Source of the DNA: Candidatus Parcubacteria bacterium
GTDB lineage: Bacteria; Patescibacteriota; Minisyncoccia; Phycocordibacterales; CAIZLB01
Assembly: GCA_039795775.1 (NCBI GenBank)
Contig: JBDKLC010000005.1
Span: 185,624 to 249,623 of the forward strand
Direction of reading: 5' to 3'
DNA length: 64,000 nt
In this document: positions 36,431 through 45,559 of the stretch, piece after piece
How positions within the stretch are numbered: position 1 is the stretch's first letter
Layout of the letters: every line of letters begins with the position of its first letter
Program-made: the position numbers and the translations under genes
Notes under the pieces: model-generated
Told to the model about the DNA's origin: nothing
Database searches by the model: none
Seen by the model: the letters and a program-made list of their open reading frames with translations, nothing else

Positions 36431-37495
36431 ATGTTCAAAAAACTGAAACAAAAATTTTTCAAGATGGCGTCAAACGATATCGGGATTGATCTCGGTACTG
36501 CTAATACGCTGGTGTATGTTTCAGGACAAGGTGTCATCATCAATGAGCCTTCTGTTGTGGCTGTAAACCAAAAGACAGGGCAGGTTGTAGCCGTTGGTAC
36601 ACAGGCAAAGCTCATGCTTGGAAGAACGCCAGGCCACATCACCGCTGTAAGACCTCTCGTCGACGGCGTTATTTCTGATTTCGAAGTAACAGAAGAAATG
36701 CTTTCATACCTCATCAAAAAAGCAGAAGGCATGTCAAAGAAAATGCTTGGTCCAAAAGTTGTGATCGGTGTTCCATACGGAGTTACAAACGTAGAGCGAA
36801 GAGCTGTACGAGATGCTGCAAAAAACGCAGGAGCACGAGAAGTGCATATTGTAGAAGAACCTATGTCTGCAGCTATTGGTGTACGACTTCCTGTACGTGA
36901 AGCTGTTGGCACAATGATTATTGATATCGGAGGTGGTACAACAGACATTGCTGTCATTTCTCTTGGTGGTATCGTGAAAGCAAAAAATCTCAAAATTGCA
37001 GGCGATCGTTTCAACAACGACATCATTTCATATATTAGAAATGAATTTAAAATTTTGATTGGTGAAAAGACAGCCGAGACAATCAAGATTGCTATCGCAA
37101 GTATGGTCCCATGTCAGCCACCGCTTGAAGCTGCTATTCGAGGTCGAGATCTCGTTACAGGTCTTCCACGAGAAGTGATCATCACTGACGGTGATATTCG
37201 TGAAGCTATTGGTTCATCAGTAGACACACTCCTCGATGCGGTAAAAGAAGTACTCGAAACAACACCACCAGAAATTCTTTCTGATGTGATGCAGCATGGC
37301 ATTTATCTTTCTGGTGGAGGTGCACTTATCCGAGGGTTGCCAGAAATCCTTTCTGAATACGTTGGCATTCCAGTGAAAGTTGCAGATGATCCTTTGACTG
37401 CGGTTGCACGTGGAGCTGGTATAATCTTAGAGAACTTAGAAGATTACGTAGACGTACTAATACAAAACGAGGATGAACTACCTGCGGCTCGATAA
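36431..37495 (+). CDS. mreB: MreB paralog (second actin-like protein).
   Basis: The protein begins IGIDLGTANTLVYV and contains DIGGGTTDIAVISLGG. It lies directly upstream of mreCD. Confidence 0.85.
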   Translation: MFKKLKQKFFKMASNDIGIDLGTANTLVYVSGQGVIINEPSVVAVNQKTGQVVAVGTQAKLMLGRTPGHITAVRPLVDGVISDFEVTEEMLSYLIKKAEGMSKKMLGPKVVIGVPYGVTNVERRAVRDAAKNAGAREVHIVEEPMSAAIGVRLPVREAVGTMIIDIGGGTTDIAVISLGGIVKAKNLKIAGDRFNNDIISYIRNEFKILIGEKTAETIKIAIASMVPCQPPLEAAIRGRDLVTGLPREVIITDGDIREAIGSSVDTLLDAVKEVLETTPPEILSDVMQHGIYLSGGGALIRGLPEILSEYVGIPVKVADDPLTAVARGAGIILENLEDYVDVLIQNEDELPAAR

Positions 37496-38213
37496 TAGAA
37501 AAAGAAAATCAAATAATAGCGACATTGCAAAAGCATCAATTGTCGTTGTTATTCTTATTATTGTTTTCTATGCACTTTCAGGTCCAATTTCTGATGGCCT
37601 TCGCTGGATTCAAAGTTCAATAGCTCAAACATTTGGACGTACCAGTACTATTGTTCGAGACGAAGCTGATAACGCTCTCATCAAAAGTCTTGAAGCTGAA
37701 AATACACAACTCAAAGAACTCATTGGACGAAAAGTTGCATCTGAGCCAGTTATTTTGGCAGCTGTAGTAGTTCATCCACCAAAAAGTCCGTACGACACTA
37801 TCGTTGTGGATGCTGGAGAGTCTCAGGGAGTAAAAAAAGACATGGTTGTATTTGGTGAACTTCAATACGCAATCGGTCGAGTAACAGATGTTCGTACAAA
37901 CTCATCTGTCATTACACTTTTCTCATCATCAAATCAAAAAGAAACTGTCATCATTGGTACAAGTACAAGTGGTAGTAGTACAGAAGCTATTGCAGAAGGA
38001 AGAGGAGGAGGAAATTTTTATATAAAGCTTCCGCGAAATGTTGAAGTCGCTGTTGGTGATCCTATTGTATGGCCGGCGTCATCAATCGTGCTTCTTGGTG
38101 CAGTAGAAAAAGTAGATGCAGATAAAGGTGGCACATATGCACATATCTACTTCAAGAGTCCTATTAATATTCAATCGCTTCGATATGTCCAAATCAAAGA
38201 ACAGCTTTACTAG
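37473..38213 (+). CDS. mreC: Rod shape-determining protein MreC.
   Basis: An N-terminal TM helix is followed by a coiled coil and a beta domain. The position after mreB is canonical. Confidence 0.75.
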   Translation: MNYLRLDNRKRKSNNSDIAKASIVVVILIIVFYALSGPISDGLRWIQSSIAQTFGRTSTIVRDEADNALIKSLEAENTQLKELIGRKVASEPVILAAVVVHPPKSPYDTIVVDAGESQGVKKDMVVFGELQYAIGRVTDVRTNSSVITLFSSSNQKETVIIGTSTSGSSTEAIAEGRGGGNFYIKLPRNVEVAVGDPIVWPASSIVLLGAVEKVDADKGGTYAHIYFKSPINIQSLRYVQIKEQLY

Positions 38214-38469
38214 GCTTTATCTCAACATAGGCGTTCTCGTGGCTCTCTTTTTCTTGCCATGGTGGGTGTCGTTGGTAGCTGGCATGATCGCTATGCGATG
38301 GTTCAACTACTACGAGCTCATAGGTATTGGCTTTGTGCTTGATCTACTCTATGGCAGTAGTGTTATTTGGAAAGACCATTATCTCTATCCGCCACTCTTT
38401 TTTATGTGGTTGAGCTTCGCATATTTTGTTGCTTTCCAGCTCATCAAAAAGAGAGTAAGATTGCACTAA
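38185..38469 (+). CDS. mreD: Rod shape-determining protein MreD (putative).
   Basis: A small polytopic membrane protein between mreC and mrdA. The start at MSKSKNSF is assumed. Confidence 0.55.
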   Translation: MSKSKNSFTRLYLNIGVLVALFFLPWWVSLVAGMIAMRWFNYYELIGIGFVLDLLYGSSVIWKDHYLYPPLFFMWLSFAYFVAFQLIKKRVRLH

Positions 38470-40154
38470 TGCGAAGGCTTAAGTTACGTTCACATCATGA
38501 GATTGCACCAGATGAAATATTCCTGGACTCATCAAACATACCTGAGTTTGATCGAAATCAGTTTGAAGGACGTATCGAAAAAACTATTTCTCGAAGAACT
38601 TTGTATATTACAGGTACCTTCTTTTTAGCAATCGGTTGTTTTTTCCTCTTTAAAATTTCCGCTCTTCAAATTGCACAAGGAGACAAGTATCAGGCTATTT
38701 CAGAAAACAATACACTTCACCACAGTTTGATTTTCTCTGAGCGTGGAGCAATCACAGACAGAAACGGAAAGCTTCTGGCCTGGGATACTATTGATCCAAA
38801 TCAAACAGACTATTCACTTCGTGCATATATCAAAGAGCCTGGTATTAACAATCTTCTCGGATATGTGAAATATCCGAAGAAAGATAAATACGGCTTCTAC
38901 TACAACACTGATTACAACGGCGCAGATGGTATTGAACAATACTTCAACGGCGTGTTGAGTGGTGAGAGTGGTTTGAAAATAAACGAGACAGATGCGCTTG
39001 GGCACAAAGTATCAGAAAGTATGATTCGTCCTGCAAAGAAAGGTGATAACTTGGCGTTGTCTATAGATCTTCGTCTTCAAAAAGCAATGTTCCAAGCAAT
39101 CAAGAACACTGCTGATAGTTCAGGATTCAAAGGGGGAGCGGGAGTCATCATGGATGTAAATACGGGTGAAGTGCTCGCATCAGTTACATATCCTGAATAC
39201 GATTCAAATATTCTTACAGATGGTAAAGATACAGAAAGTATCAAAGCCATTCTCTCAAATGACAGCAATCCATTTCTCGATAGAGTGACATCTGGATTGT
39301 ACTCACCCGGATCTATTGTGAAGCCGTTTTTTGCACTCGCAGCTCTAGAGGAGCAGATCATTTCTCCTCAAAAAGAAATTGAAAGTACGGGTTCACTCAA
39401 GTTGGCAAATCCATACCGACCAGGCGAATTTAGCGTTTTTAACGACTGGAAAGCTCACGGGTGGACCGATATGCGAAAAGCTATCGCCGTCTCGTCAGAC
39501 GTCTATTTTTACCAAATTGGAGGGGGTTTTACGGGTCAGCAAGGACTGGGTATAGAGCGTATCGATAAGTACTCAAAAATGTTTGGTTTTTCTACTGTGA
39601 TTGAGAATAGTTTCTTCACTGGAAAGAAAGGAAATATTCCAACACCTGAATGGAAAAAAGAGACATTCGGTGGCGATATCTGGAGAGTAGGAGATACCTA
39701 CAACACGTCTATTGGTCAGTACGGATTCCAAGTGACTCCAATACAAGCTGTACGAGCTGTTGCTGCTCTTGCCAATGGTGGAAAACTCCTCGAACCAACC
39801 ATCCAGCTCGAAGACAAAGCTGCTATTGGTCGGGCCACAACCGTCAGCGTTCAAAATCCTGAATATTATAAGGTGATTCGAGAGGGAATGCGTATGACTG
39901 TGACAGATGGTACTGCCCAGTCTATAAACGTTCCTTATGTGAATGTTGCTGCAAAGACAGGTACTGCACAGGTGGGTACTCGTAATCAGTACATCAACTC
40001 GTGGGTAGTTGGATTTTTCCCATATGATAAGCCAAAATATGCCTTTGCACTGCTCCTCGAGCGAGGTCCAAACAGTATTACGGTGGGAGCTTCTCCAGCC
40101 TTCCGATTTTTCCTTGATTCAGTGAATTTGACCGCCAACGAATACTTCCAATAA
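38469..40154 (+). CDS. mrdA: Penicillin-binding protein 2 (peptidoglycan transpeptidase).
   Basis: The start ATG overlaps the mreD stop in a TAATG arrangement. The SxxK motif is SIVKP, and the KTG box is KTGTAQ. Confidence 0.85.
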   Translation: MRRLKLRSHHEIAPDEIFLDSSNIPEFDRNQFEGRIEKTISRRTLYITGTFFLAIGCFFLFKISALQIAQGDKYQAISENNTLHHSLIFSERGAITDRNGKLLAWDTIDPNQTDYSLRAYIKEPGINNLLGYVKYPKKDKYGFYYNTDYNGADGIEQYFNGVLSGESGLKINETDALGHKVSESMIRPAKKGDNLALSIDLRLQKAMFQAIKNTADSSGFKGGAGVIMDVNTGEVLASVTYPEYDSNILTDGKDTESIKAILSNDSNPFLDRVTSGLYSPGSIVKPFFALAALEEQIISPQKEIESTGSLKLANPYRPGEFSVFNDWKAHGWTDMRKAIAVSSDVYFYQIGGGFTGQQGLGIERIDKYSKMFGFSTVIENSFFTGKKGNIPTPEWKKETFGGDIWRVGDTYNTSIGQYGFQVTPIQAVRAVAALANGGKLLEPTIQLEDKAAIGRATTVSVQNPEYYKVIREGMRMTVTDGTAQSINVPYVNVAAKTGTAQVGTRNQYINSWVVGFFPYDKPKYAFALLLERGPNSITVGASPAFRFFLDSVNLTANEYFQ

Positions 40155-40271
40155 GACAGAAGGGTAAAACAATAGACAACAGGATGTGTGCAGGCGAAAC
40201 TGGACTTTTTAGTCATTTTGATGTATCTTTGTTGTCTTAGACAGCTTAAAAATATACTTTTTCGCAAACAC

Positions 40272-40736
40272 ATGGCAGCAAAAGAATATCTCACAAAAGA
40301 AAAGCACAAAGAGCTCACAATCGAATTGGAGCATCTTAAGACTGTTCGACGAAAGGAAATCGCAGAAGAATTGGAATTCGCCAAGTCCCTCGGTGATCTC
40401 TCCGAAAATGCTGAATATCACGAAGCTCGAGAAGCTCAGGCTGCTCTTGAGGATCGTATTTCTCAACTCGAATCTATTCTTTCAACTGCTGAAATTGTGA
40501 AGGTACACCACAGTAACACTGTGGAAATTGGATCAAAGGTACATGTGAAGAAAACTGGCGATAAGATTGAAAAAATCTACGTTATCGTTGGTTCAGAAGA
40601 AGCAGATATGGCAGCTGGAAAAATCTCATTTAAATCACCACTTGGTGAAGCTATGCTCGGAAAGAAGAAAGGTGACGAATTTACATTCAAATCTCCAGTT
40701 GGAGTGATGAAGTATACAATCGTCTCAATCGAATAA
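40272..40736 (+). CDS. greA: Transcription elongation factor GreA.
   Basis: The start is at MAAKEYLTKEKHKELTIELEHLK. GDLSENAEYHEAREAQ is the GreA signature. Confidence 0.85.
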   Translation: MAAKEYLTKEKHKELTIELEHLKTVRRKEIAEELEFAKSLGDLSENAEYHEAREAQAALEDRISQLESILSTAEIVKVHHSNTVEIGSKVHVKKTGDKIEKIYVIVGSEEADMAAGKISFKSPLGEAMLGKKKGDEFTFKSPVGVMKYTIVSIE

Positions 40737-40750
40737 CACTCCATATCATA

Positions 40751-40836
40751 TCTAGTTGCTTCCTACGCGTTCTGGCCTGCTGGCCAGCCGCTCTGCTCGG
40801 TCCGTCGACCTACGCAAGAGTCATCAACTAGATATG
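40751..40836. repeat. An 11 bp AT-rich inverted repeat enclosing a 64 nt GC-rich palindromic core.
   Basis: atatctagttg pairs with caactagatat. The core contains ctggcctgctggccag and gtcgac. Confidence 0.5.
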
Positions 40837-40879
40837 CTATTATGTCAGGTATCATTACTTGCATTCATACATATAATTC

Positions 40880-42808
40880 ATGGCATCACTCGAAGAACTA
40901 CGAGAGGTTCGGTTACAAAAACTTCAACTATTAAAAGACAAAGGGATTGATCCATATCCTGCGGTTTCAACTATTACCTCTACGGTTGCAGAAGCAATAA
41001 AAAACTTTGATACACTCGCATCAGAAGTGAAGTCTCTTGTTCTTGGTGGCCGAATTATGTCACTTCGATCTCAGGGTGCAATTACATTCTTCAACTTTTT
41101 TGATGGTACAGGTACATTCCAAGCGCTCCTCAAAAATGATGACACCATCGATCAATCTACAAAAGACTCATTTGAATTATTTAGTAAAGTAACTGACATC
41201 GGTGACTTCGTAGAAGTGACAGGTACACTTTTTGTTACAAAGACAGGTCAGCAGACTATTCAGGTGACAAACTGGCGAATGCTCGCAAAAAGTCTTCGAC
41301 CACTTCCAGAAAAATGGCACGGTCTTCAGGATGTAGAAGAACGATACCGAAAGCGATATCTCGACATTCTCACAAACCCAGAGCTCCGAGATCTTTTTGA
41401 AAAGAAATCAAAATTCTGGGATGTCACACGAAATTTTTTGAAATCAAAAGGCTTTCTTGAAGTTGAGACTCCAACTCTCGAAGTAACAACAGGAGGCGCT
41501 GAAGCTAACCCATTTAAAACACACCACAACGACTATGACATGCCGGTGTATCTTCGAATTTCAGTAGGAGAATTGTGGCAGAAACGACTCATGGCTGCAG
41601 GTTTTCCAAAGACATTTGAAATTGGACGACTCTATCGAAATGAAGGCTCAAGTCCAGAACACCTTCAGGAATTTACAAACATGGAATTCTATTGGGGATA
41701 CGCAAACTTCGAAGACGGCATGAATCTTGTACAAGAAATGTACACAACTATTGCTCAAGAAGTATTTGGTACTACAAAGTTCACAACTCGTGGTCATACA
41801 TTCGACCTTGCAGATGAATGGAAGATTGTTGATTACAAAGATGAAATCAAACGACAGACAGGTGTAGATATTATTACTGCATCAGACAAAGAGATCACCG
41901 CAAAACTCGATGAACTCGGTGTGAAATATGACGGTACAAACAGAGAACGACTTACAGATACGCTCTGGAAATACTGCCGAAAGGGAATTGCTGGTCCTGC
42001 GTTCCTCATCAACCATCCAAAACTCGTTGCACCACTTGCAAAAGCAAATCCAAACGATCCGACAACTGTGCAGCGATTCCAGCCTATTCTCGCAGGAAGT
42101 GAAGTGGGCAACGGATACTCTGAACTCAACGATCCAATCGATCAGCGACAGCGATTTGAATTACAACAGAAACTCATCGAATCAGGTGATGAAGAAGCGA
42201 TGATGCCAGAATGGGAATTCGTTGACATGCTCGAGCACGGTATGCCACCAACATGTGGATTCGGATTCGGCGAACGACTCTTTGCATTCTTTGTAGATAA
42301 GCCTGTACGAGAAACTCAACTCTTCCCACTTATGAAGCCAGAAGACGCTGAAGGATCAGCAGGCAAAAAGTCTAAAGATAAAGATACAAAAGTTGCGGTA
42401 GCAGTAATCAACAAGGGCAGTAAGCTCGAAGCGTGGCAAGAACTCAATACTATTGGGCATCTTTCGGCTGCCTTTGGTGCACGAACAGGCAAAAATCTTT
42501 TCTCACAGCCTCACATTACGACAAAAGACGGCCAGCACATCAATCTCAATATTCAGCATGCAATTGTCATCAAAGAAGCACATGCAACAGCTGACCTCAA
42601 AACACTCGTCGCACATGCAAAGAAAGCAGGACTCATCATTGAAGAATTTACTCGAGAAATGATTGAGACAACAAACGATAAAAAAGTTGCAGCTAAGACA
42701 AAAGAAAAAAATCACGAAGAAATTGAATATCTCGGTGTACTTGTCTTTGGTCCAAAATCTTCAGTAGATGAATTCACATCATCATTTGCGCTTTATAGTG
42801 GAAAGTAG
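40880..42808 (+). CDS. lysS: Lysyl-tRNA synthetase (class II) with a C-terminal extension of about 145 aa.
   Basis: The core motifs are FEIGRLYRNEG, and GFGFGERLF as motif 3. After about residue 495 an extra domain begins KVAVAVINKGSKLEAWQELNTIGHLSAAFGAR and ends VLVFGPKSS. Confidence 0.9.
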   Translation: MASLEELREVRLQKLQLLKDKGIDPYPAVSTITSTVAEAIKNFDTLASEVKSLVLGGRIMSLRSQGAITFFNFFDGTGTFQALLKNDDTIDQSTKDSFELFSKVTDIGDFVEVTGTLFVTKTGQQTIQVTNWRMLAKSLRPLPEKWHGLQDVEERYRKRYLDILTNPELRDLFEKKSKFWDVTRNFLKSKGFLEVETPTLEVTTGGAEANPFKTHHNDYDMPVYLRISVGELWQKRLMAAGFPKTFEIGRLYRNEGSSPEHLQEFTNMEFYWGYANFEDGMNLVQEMYTTIAQEVFGTTKFTTRGHTFDLADEWKIVDYKDEIKRQTGVDIITASDKEITAKLDELGVKYDGTNRERLTDTLWKYCRKGIAGPAFLINHPKLVAPLAKANPNDPTTVQRFQPILAGSEVGNGYSELNDPIDQRQRFELQQKLIESGDEEAMMPEWEFVDMLEHGMPPTCGFGFGERLFAFFVDKPVRETQLFPLMKPEDAEGSAGKKSKDKDTKVAVAVINKGSKLEAWQELNTIGHLSAAFGARTGKNLFSQPHITTKDGQHINLNIQHAIVIKEAHATADLKTLVAHAKKAGLIIEEFTREMIETTNDKKVAAKTKEKNHEEIEYLGVLVFGPKSSVDEFTSSFALYSGK

Positions 42809-42868
42809 TGTGGTGCGTGTTTATTTGACGCTGTCTAAGGAATAGGTAGAATTTGGGACAGGCTAGTC

Positions 42869-43408
42869 ATGACGCAAAAACAACCTAGTTCGTGTCACCA
42901 TCTGAATGGCCACAGTATCACTGGAGAAGATGCACAACATCTCCTTCGGCCTCTTTGGGAATTCCCAGTCCACTTACAACAAGATGCAAGTTTGAATCGT
43001 TGCCCAACCCGCACTATTCGTTTCTGGCCTGATGACCTCACGCCGGAGAACTTTCGCTCTGAATTGGAATCTGGAGAATATGTAGTTGAAGTGTATGAAG
43101 TCCTCGACGCTGTATCAAACGATCAGCTTGTTGATATCGGTCTTAAACGGGGAAAAGTTATGCCAGGTTCACTTGGCCTCGCTTGTCTCTGTCATCCCGA
43201 TCATGCGGAAAAACTCCCGCAGGGTCTCATCGTAAGTCCACATGCAGAGTCTCAACGTTTCTTCTCAGGAAGACGCGAAAAGACGCCGCTACGCCTTATG
43301 GCAGCTCACTACGAACCTGTTGTCTTCGAGTTCTCACTCGTGGCCAACACCAAATTGATCACTGTCGGCACGTACGTGATTTACTACAGGATTCTAACCC
43401 AATCCTGA
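42869..43408 (+). CDS. Hypothetical protein (GC-rich insertion).
   Basis: The 179 aa protein has no motif. The segment is compositionally distinct. Confidence 0.45.
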   Translation: MTQKQPSSCHHLNGHSITGEDAQHLLRPLWEFPVHLQQDASLNRCPTRTIRFWPDDLTPENFRSELESGEYVVEVYEVLDAVSNDQLVDIGLKRGKVMPGSLGLACLCHPDHAEKLPQGLIVSPHAESQRFFSGRREKTPLRLMAAHYEPVVFEFSLVANTKLITVGTYVIYYRILTQS

Positions 43409-43469
43409 ACAATCACGGCACGTTGTGAAGTCTTTGTCCCAACACTGACTTCTGTAACCTGAACTTCCA

Positions 43470-43540
43470 CGGCTCCCGCCGGCATCACTGCCTGCGGGAG
43501 CTTTCACTTTGTCTCAATTTCCCTCGGAAATGAGGCTTTT
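43470..43540 (+). terminator. Tandem hairpin terminators after the GC-rich ORF.
   Basis: The first stem is gctcccgc and gcgggagc. The second is cctc-ggaaat-gagg followed by T7. Confidence 0.55.
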
Positions 43541-43592
43541 TTTGATGTTTCGTCAAAACAACCTCTATACAAAAAACCAAACCTATTTCGTA

Positions 43593-43669
43593 CTTGGTAA
43601 ATGTGGATAAAAAGGTATCAAAGTGTTTGCGAGTGGGAGAGCAGTGGTATAAAATGTAATCAAGTGGGA
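43593..43669 (+). promoter_or_regulatory. MraZ-box array upstream of mraZ.
   Basis: Six GTGG(G/T) or GTGTT motifs lie at 43593, 43613, 43623, 43634, 43654 and 43664. Their spacings of 10, 11 and 20 bp are helically phased. Confidence 0.6.
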
Positions 43670-43723
43670 TGAAGTGGTAAAGAAAAAGAAAGTAGTGTAA
43701 GGTAGGTAGTAACGTCCAAATAT

Positions 43724-44158
43724 ATGCTGATCGGCGAATATACTCATACACTCGATGAAAAGAAACGACTCTCGCTCCCTTCTAAATTTAGAAAGGAACT
43801 CGGGAAGACAATTGTAGTGACACATGGTCTCGACAACTGTTTGTTTCTCTACACAGTGAAAGAGTGGTCAAAGATCTCAGAAAAACTTGGCAACCTATCT
43901 ATGGGTCAGGCAGATACACGAGGTTTCAATCGAATTATGCTTGCCGGAGCTGTGGAGCTCGAAGTTGATTCAATCGGTCGAGTGTTACTTCCTGAATTTC
44001 TTAGAGATTTCGCTTCTCTCACGTCAAAGGCCGTATTCGCAGGTGTTCACAGTAGAGTGGAAATCTGGGATGAAGCTAAATGGAAGGAATACAAGACAAA
44101 GGTTTTGAAGCAAGCAGATCAGTTGGCACAGAAGCTTGGCGAAATCGGCGTTATCTAA
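43724..44158 (+). CDS. mraZ: Division/cell wall cluster transcriptional regulator MraZ.
   Basis: MLIGEYTHTLDEKKRLSLPSKFRKEL reflects the duplicated MraZ fold. Confidence 0.9.
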   Translation: MLIGEYTHTLDEKKRLSLPSKFRKELGKTIVVTHGLDNCLFLYTVKEWSKISEKLGNLSMGQADTRGFNRIMLAGAVELEVDSIGRVLLPEFLRDFASLTSKAVFAGVHSRVEIWDEAKWKEYKTKVLKQADQLAQKLGEIGVI

Positions 44159-44182
44159 TCCATCTATTTAATACTCATCTTT

Positions 44183-45106
44183 ATGCGACATACGCCAGTT
44201 CTTTTACAAGAAGTGATCAGTGAGGCAGGTCTTACACCAAAGAGCGTCTTTGTCGACTGCAACTTGGGGGACGGTGGCCACACACAAGCAGTGATCGAAC
44301 ATATGCATGGAAAAGTATCAGTTGTGGGAATTGATCTTGACCAAGATGCAATCGATCGAGCTACGGAGAACATCTTTTCATCAAAAGACGTCCAGAAAAG
44401 TGGGTTTAAGAAAGAGCAATTGTTCTTTTTTAGAAAAAATTTCAGACATCTTAAGGAAATGTATGCTTCTACCGGCTTGGATAATGCACAAGCAGTATTG
44501 TTTGACCTTGGAATCAGTTCATATGAGCTCCAAGAGTCGGGAAGGGGGTTTAGCTTTTTGAAAGAAGAACCACTTTCTATGATGTTCGGTACAAAAGAAG
44601 ATCATCATTTTACTGCGTATGACATTATCAACACTTGGGATGAAGAAAATATTCGAACAATAATTCAAGCCTATGGCGAAGATAAATTCGCCCTTCGAAT
44701 TGCTCGAGCACTCGTTGAACAGAGAGAACACAAGCCGATTCTCACTACTTCACAGCTCGCAGACATTGTTAAACATGCGGTACCAAGTTTTGCACGATTT
44801 GGCCGCATCCATCCAGCCACCAAAACCTTTCAGGCCCTACGAATTGCAGTCAACGACGAATTACGCTCTATCGAGGATGCGCTACCACAAGCTTTTGATA
44901 TTTTGAAAAAAGGTGGACGATTACTCGTTATCTCATATCACAGTCTCGAAGATAGAATCGCAAAACGATTTTGCAAGAGACTTGTGGCAGAAGATAAGGC
45001 CGTAGAACTTTCCAAAAAGCCGATCACTCCTTGTACTGAGGAACTGGAGAAAAATCCACGATCTCGAAGCGCAAAACTTCGAATTATCGAGAAACTCACA
45101 GATTAA
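44183..45106 (+). CDS. rsmH: 16S rRNA (cytosine1402-N4)-methyltransferase RsmH (MraW).
   Basis: The protein begins VDCNLGDGGHTQAV and contains FDLGISSYEL. Confidence 0.9.
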   Translation: MRHTPVLLQEVISEAGLTPKSVFVDCNLGDGGHTQAVIEHMHGKVSVVGIDLDQDAIDRATENIFSSKDVQKSGFKKEQLFFFRKNFRHLKEMYASTGLDNAQAVLFDLGISSYELQESGRGFSFLKEEPLSMMFGTKEDHHFTAYDIINTWDEENIRTIIQAYGEDKFALRIARALVEQREHKPILTTSQLADIVKHAVPSFARFGRIHPATKTFQALRIAVNDELRSIEDALPQAFDILKKGGRLLVISYHSLEDRIAKRFCKRLVAEDKAVELSKKPITPCTEELEKNPRSRSAKLRIIEKLTD

Positions 45107-45143
45107 ACAACCATTACAAAGCACATTAGTTAGAGTACATTCA

Positions 45144-45461
45144 ATGAAAACAGCAGCAATCGCAATCAAATCAATAGAAAAGACATCAGCCGTAATCTTT
45201 TGGGCGCAGGTAGGCCTTATTGTGGCTATGATTTCAATGTATATGTACTTGGTAAACAAGACAGTGTGGAATGTAGTGGCGCGACAGCAGGCAGAATCAT
45301 CAATCGTGAGCCTCAACTCAAAGCTCAGTGATCTCGAATTCCAATACATCACTTCAAAGAACAACATTACTCTTGAAATGGCACAGTCTCTTGGATATGA
45401 GTCAACACACAATACTGTGTTTGTAACACGAGATCAGGCTGCTGCTGTCGCTTTGCGATAA
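45144..45461 (+). CDS. ftsL: Cell division protein FtsL (putative).
   Basis: The 105 aa protein has a single TM helix followed by a coiled coil. Its position between rsmH and ftsI is canonical. Confidence 0.65.
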   Translation: MKTAAIAIKSIEKTSAVIFWAQVGLIVAMISMYMYLVNKTVWNVVARQQAESSIVSLNSKLSDLEFQYITSKNNITLEMAQSLGYESTHNTVFVTRDQAAAVALR

Positions 45462-45473
45462 TTCCGTTAAAAG

Positions 45474-45512
45474 CCCTCATGTTGGATTTGTCCAGCATGA
45501 GGGTTTTTAACT
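45474..45512 (+). terminator. Rho-independent terminator.
   Basis: The stem ccctcatg and catgaggg is followed by TTTTT. Confidence 0.55.
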
Positions 45513-45559
45513 GCCAAATTTTTTAAACTGGCTTTCAAATATGATAAAATACTCACACA

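Noticed and set aside
36301-37086. A 261 aa minus-strand ORF antisense to mreB2.
   Set aside because: It is a shadow ORF opposite a strongly supported MreB gene. It is a low-complexity translation with no motif.
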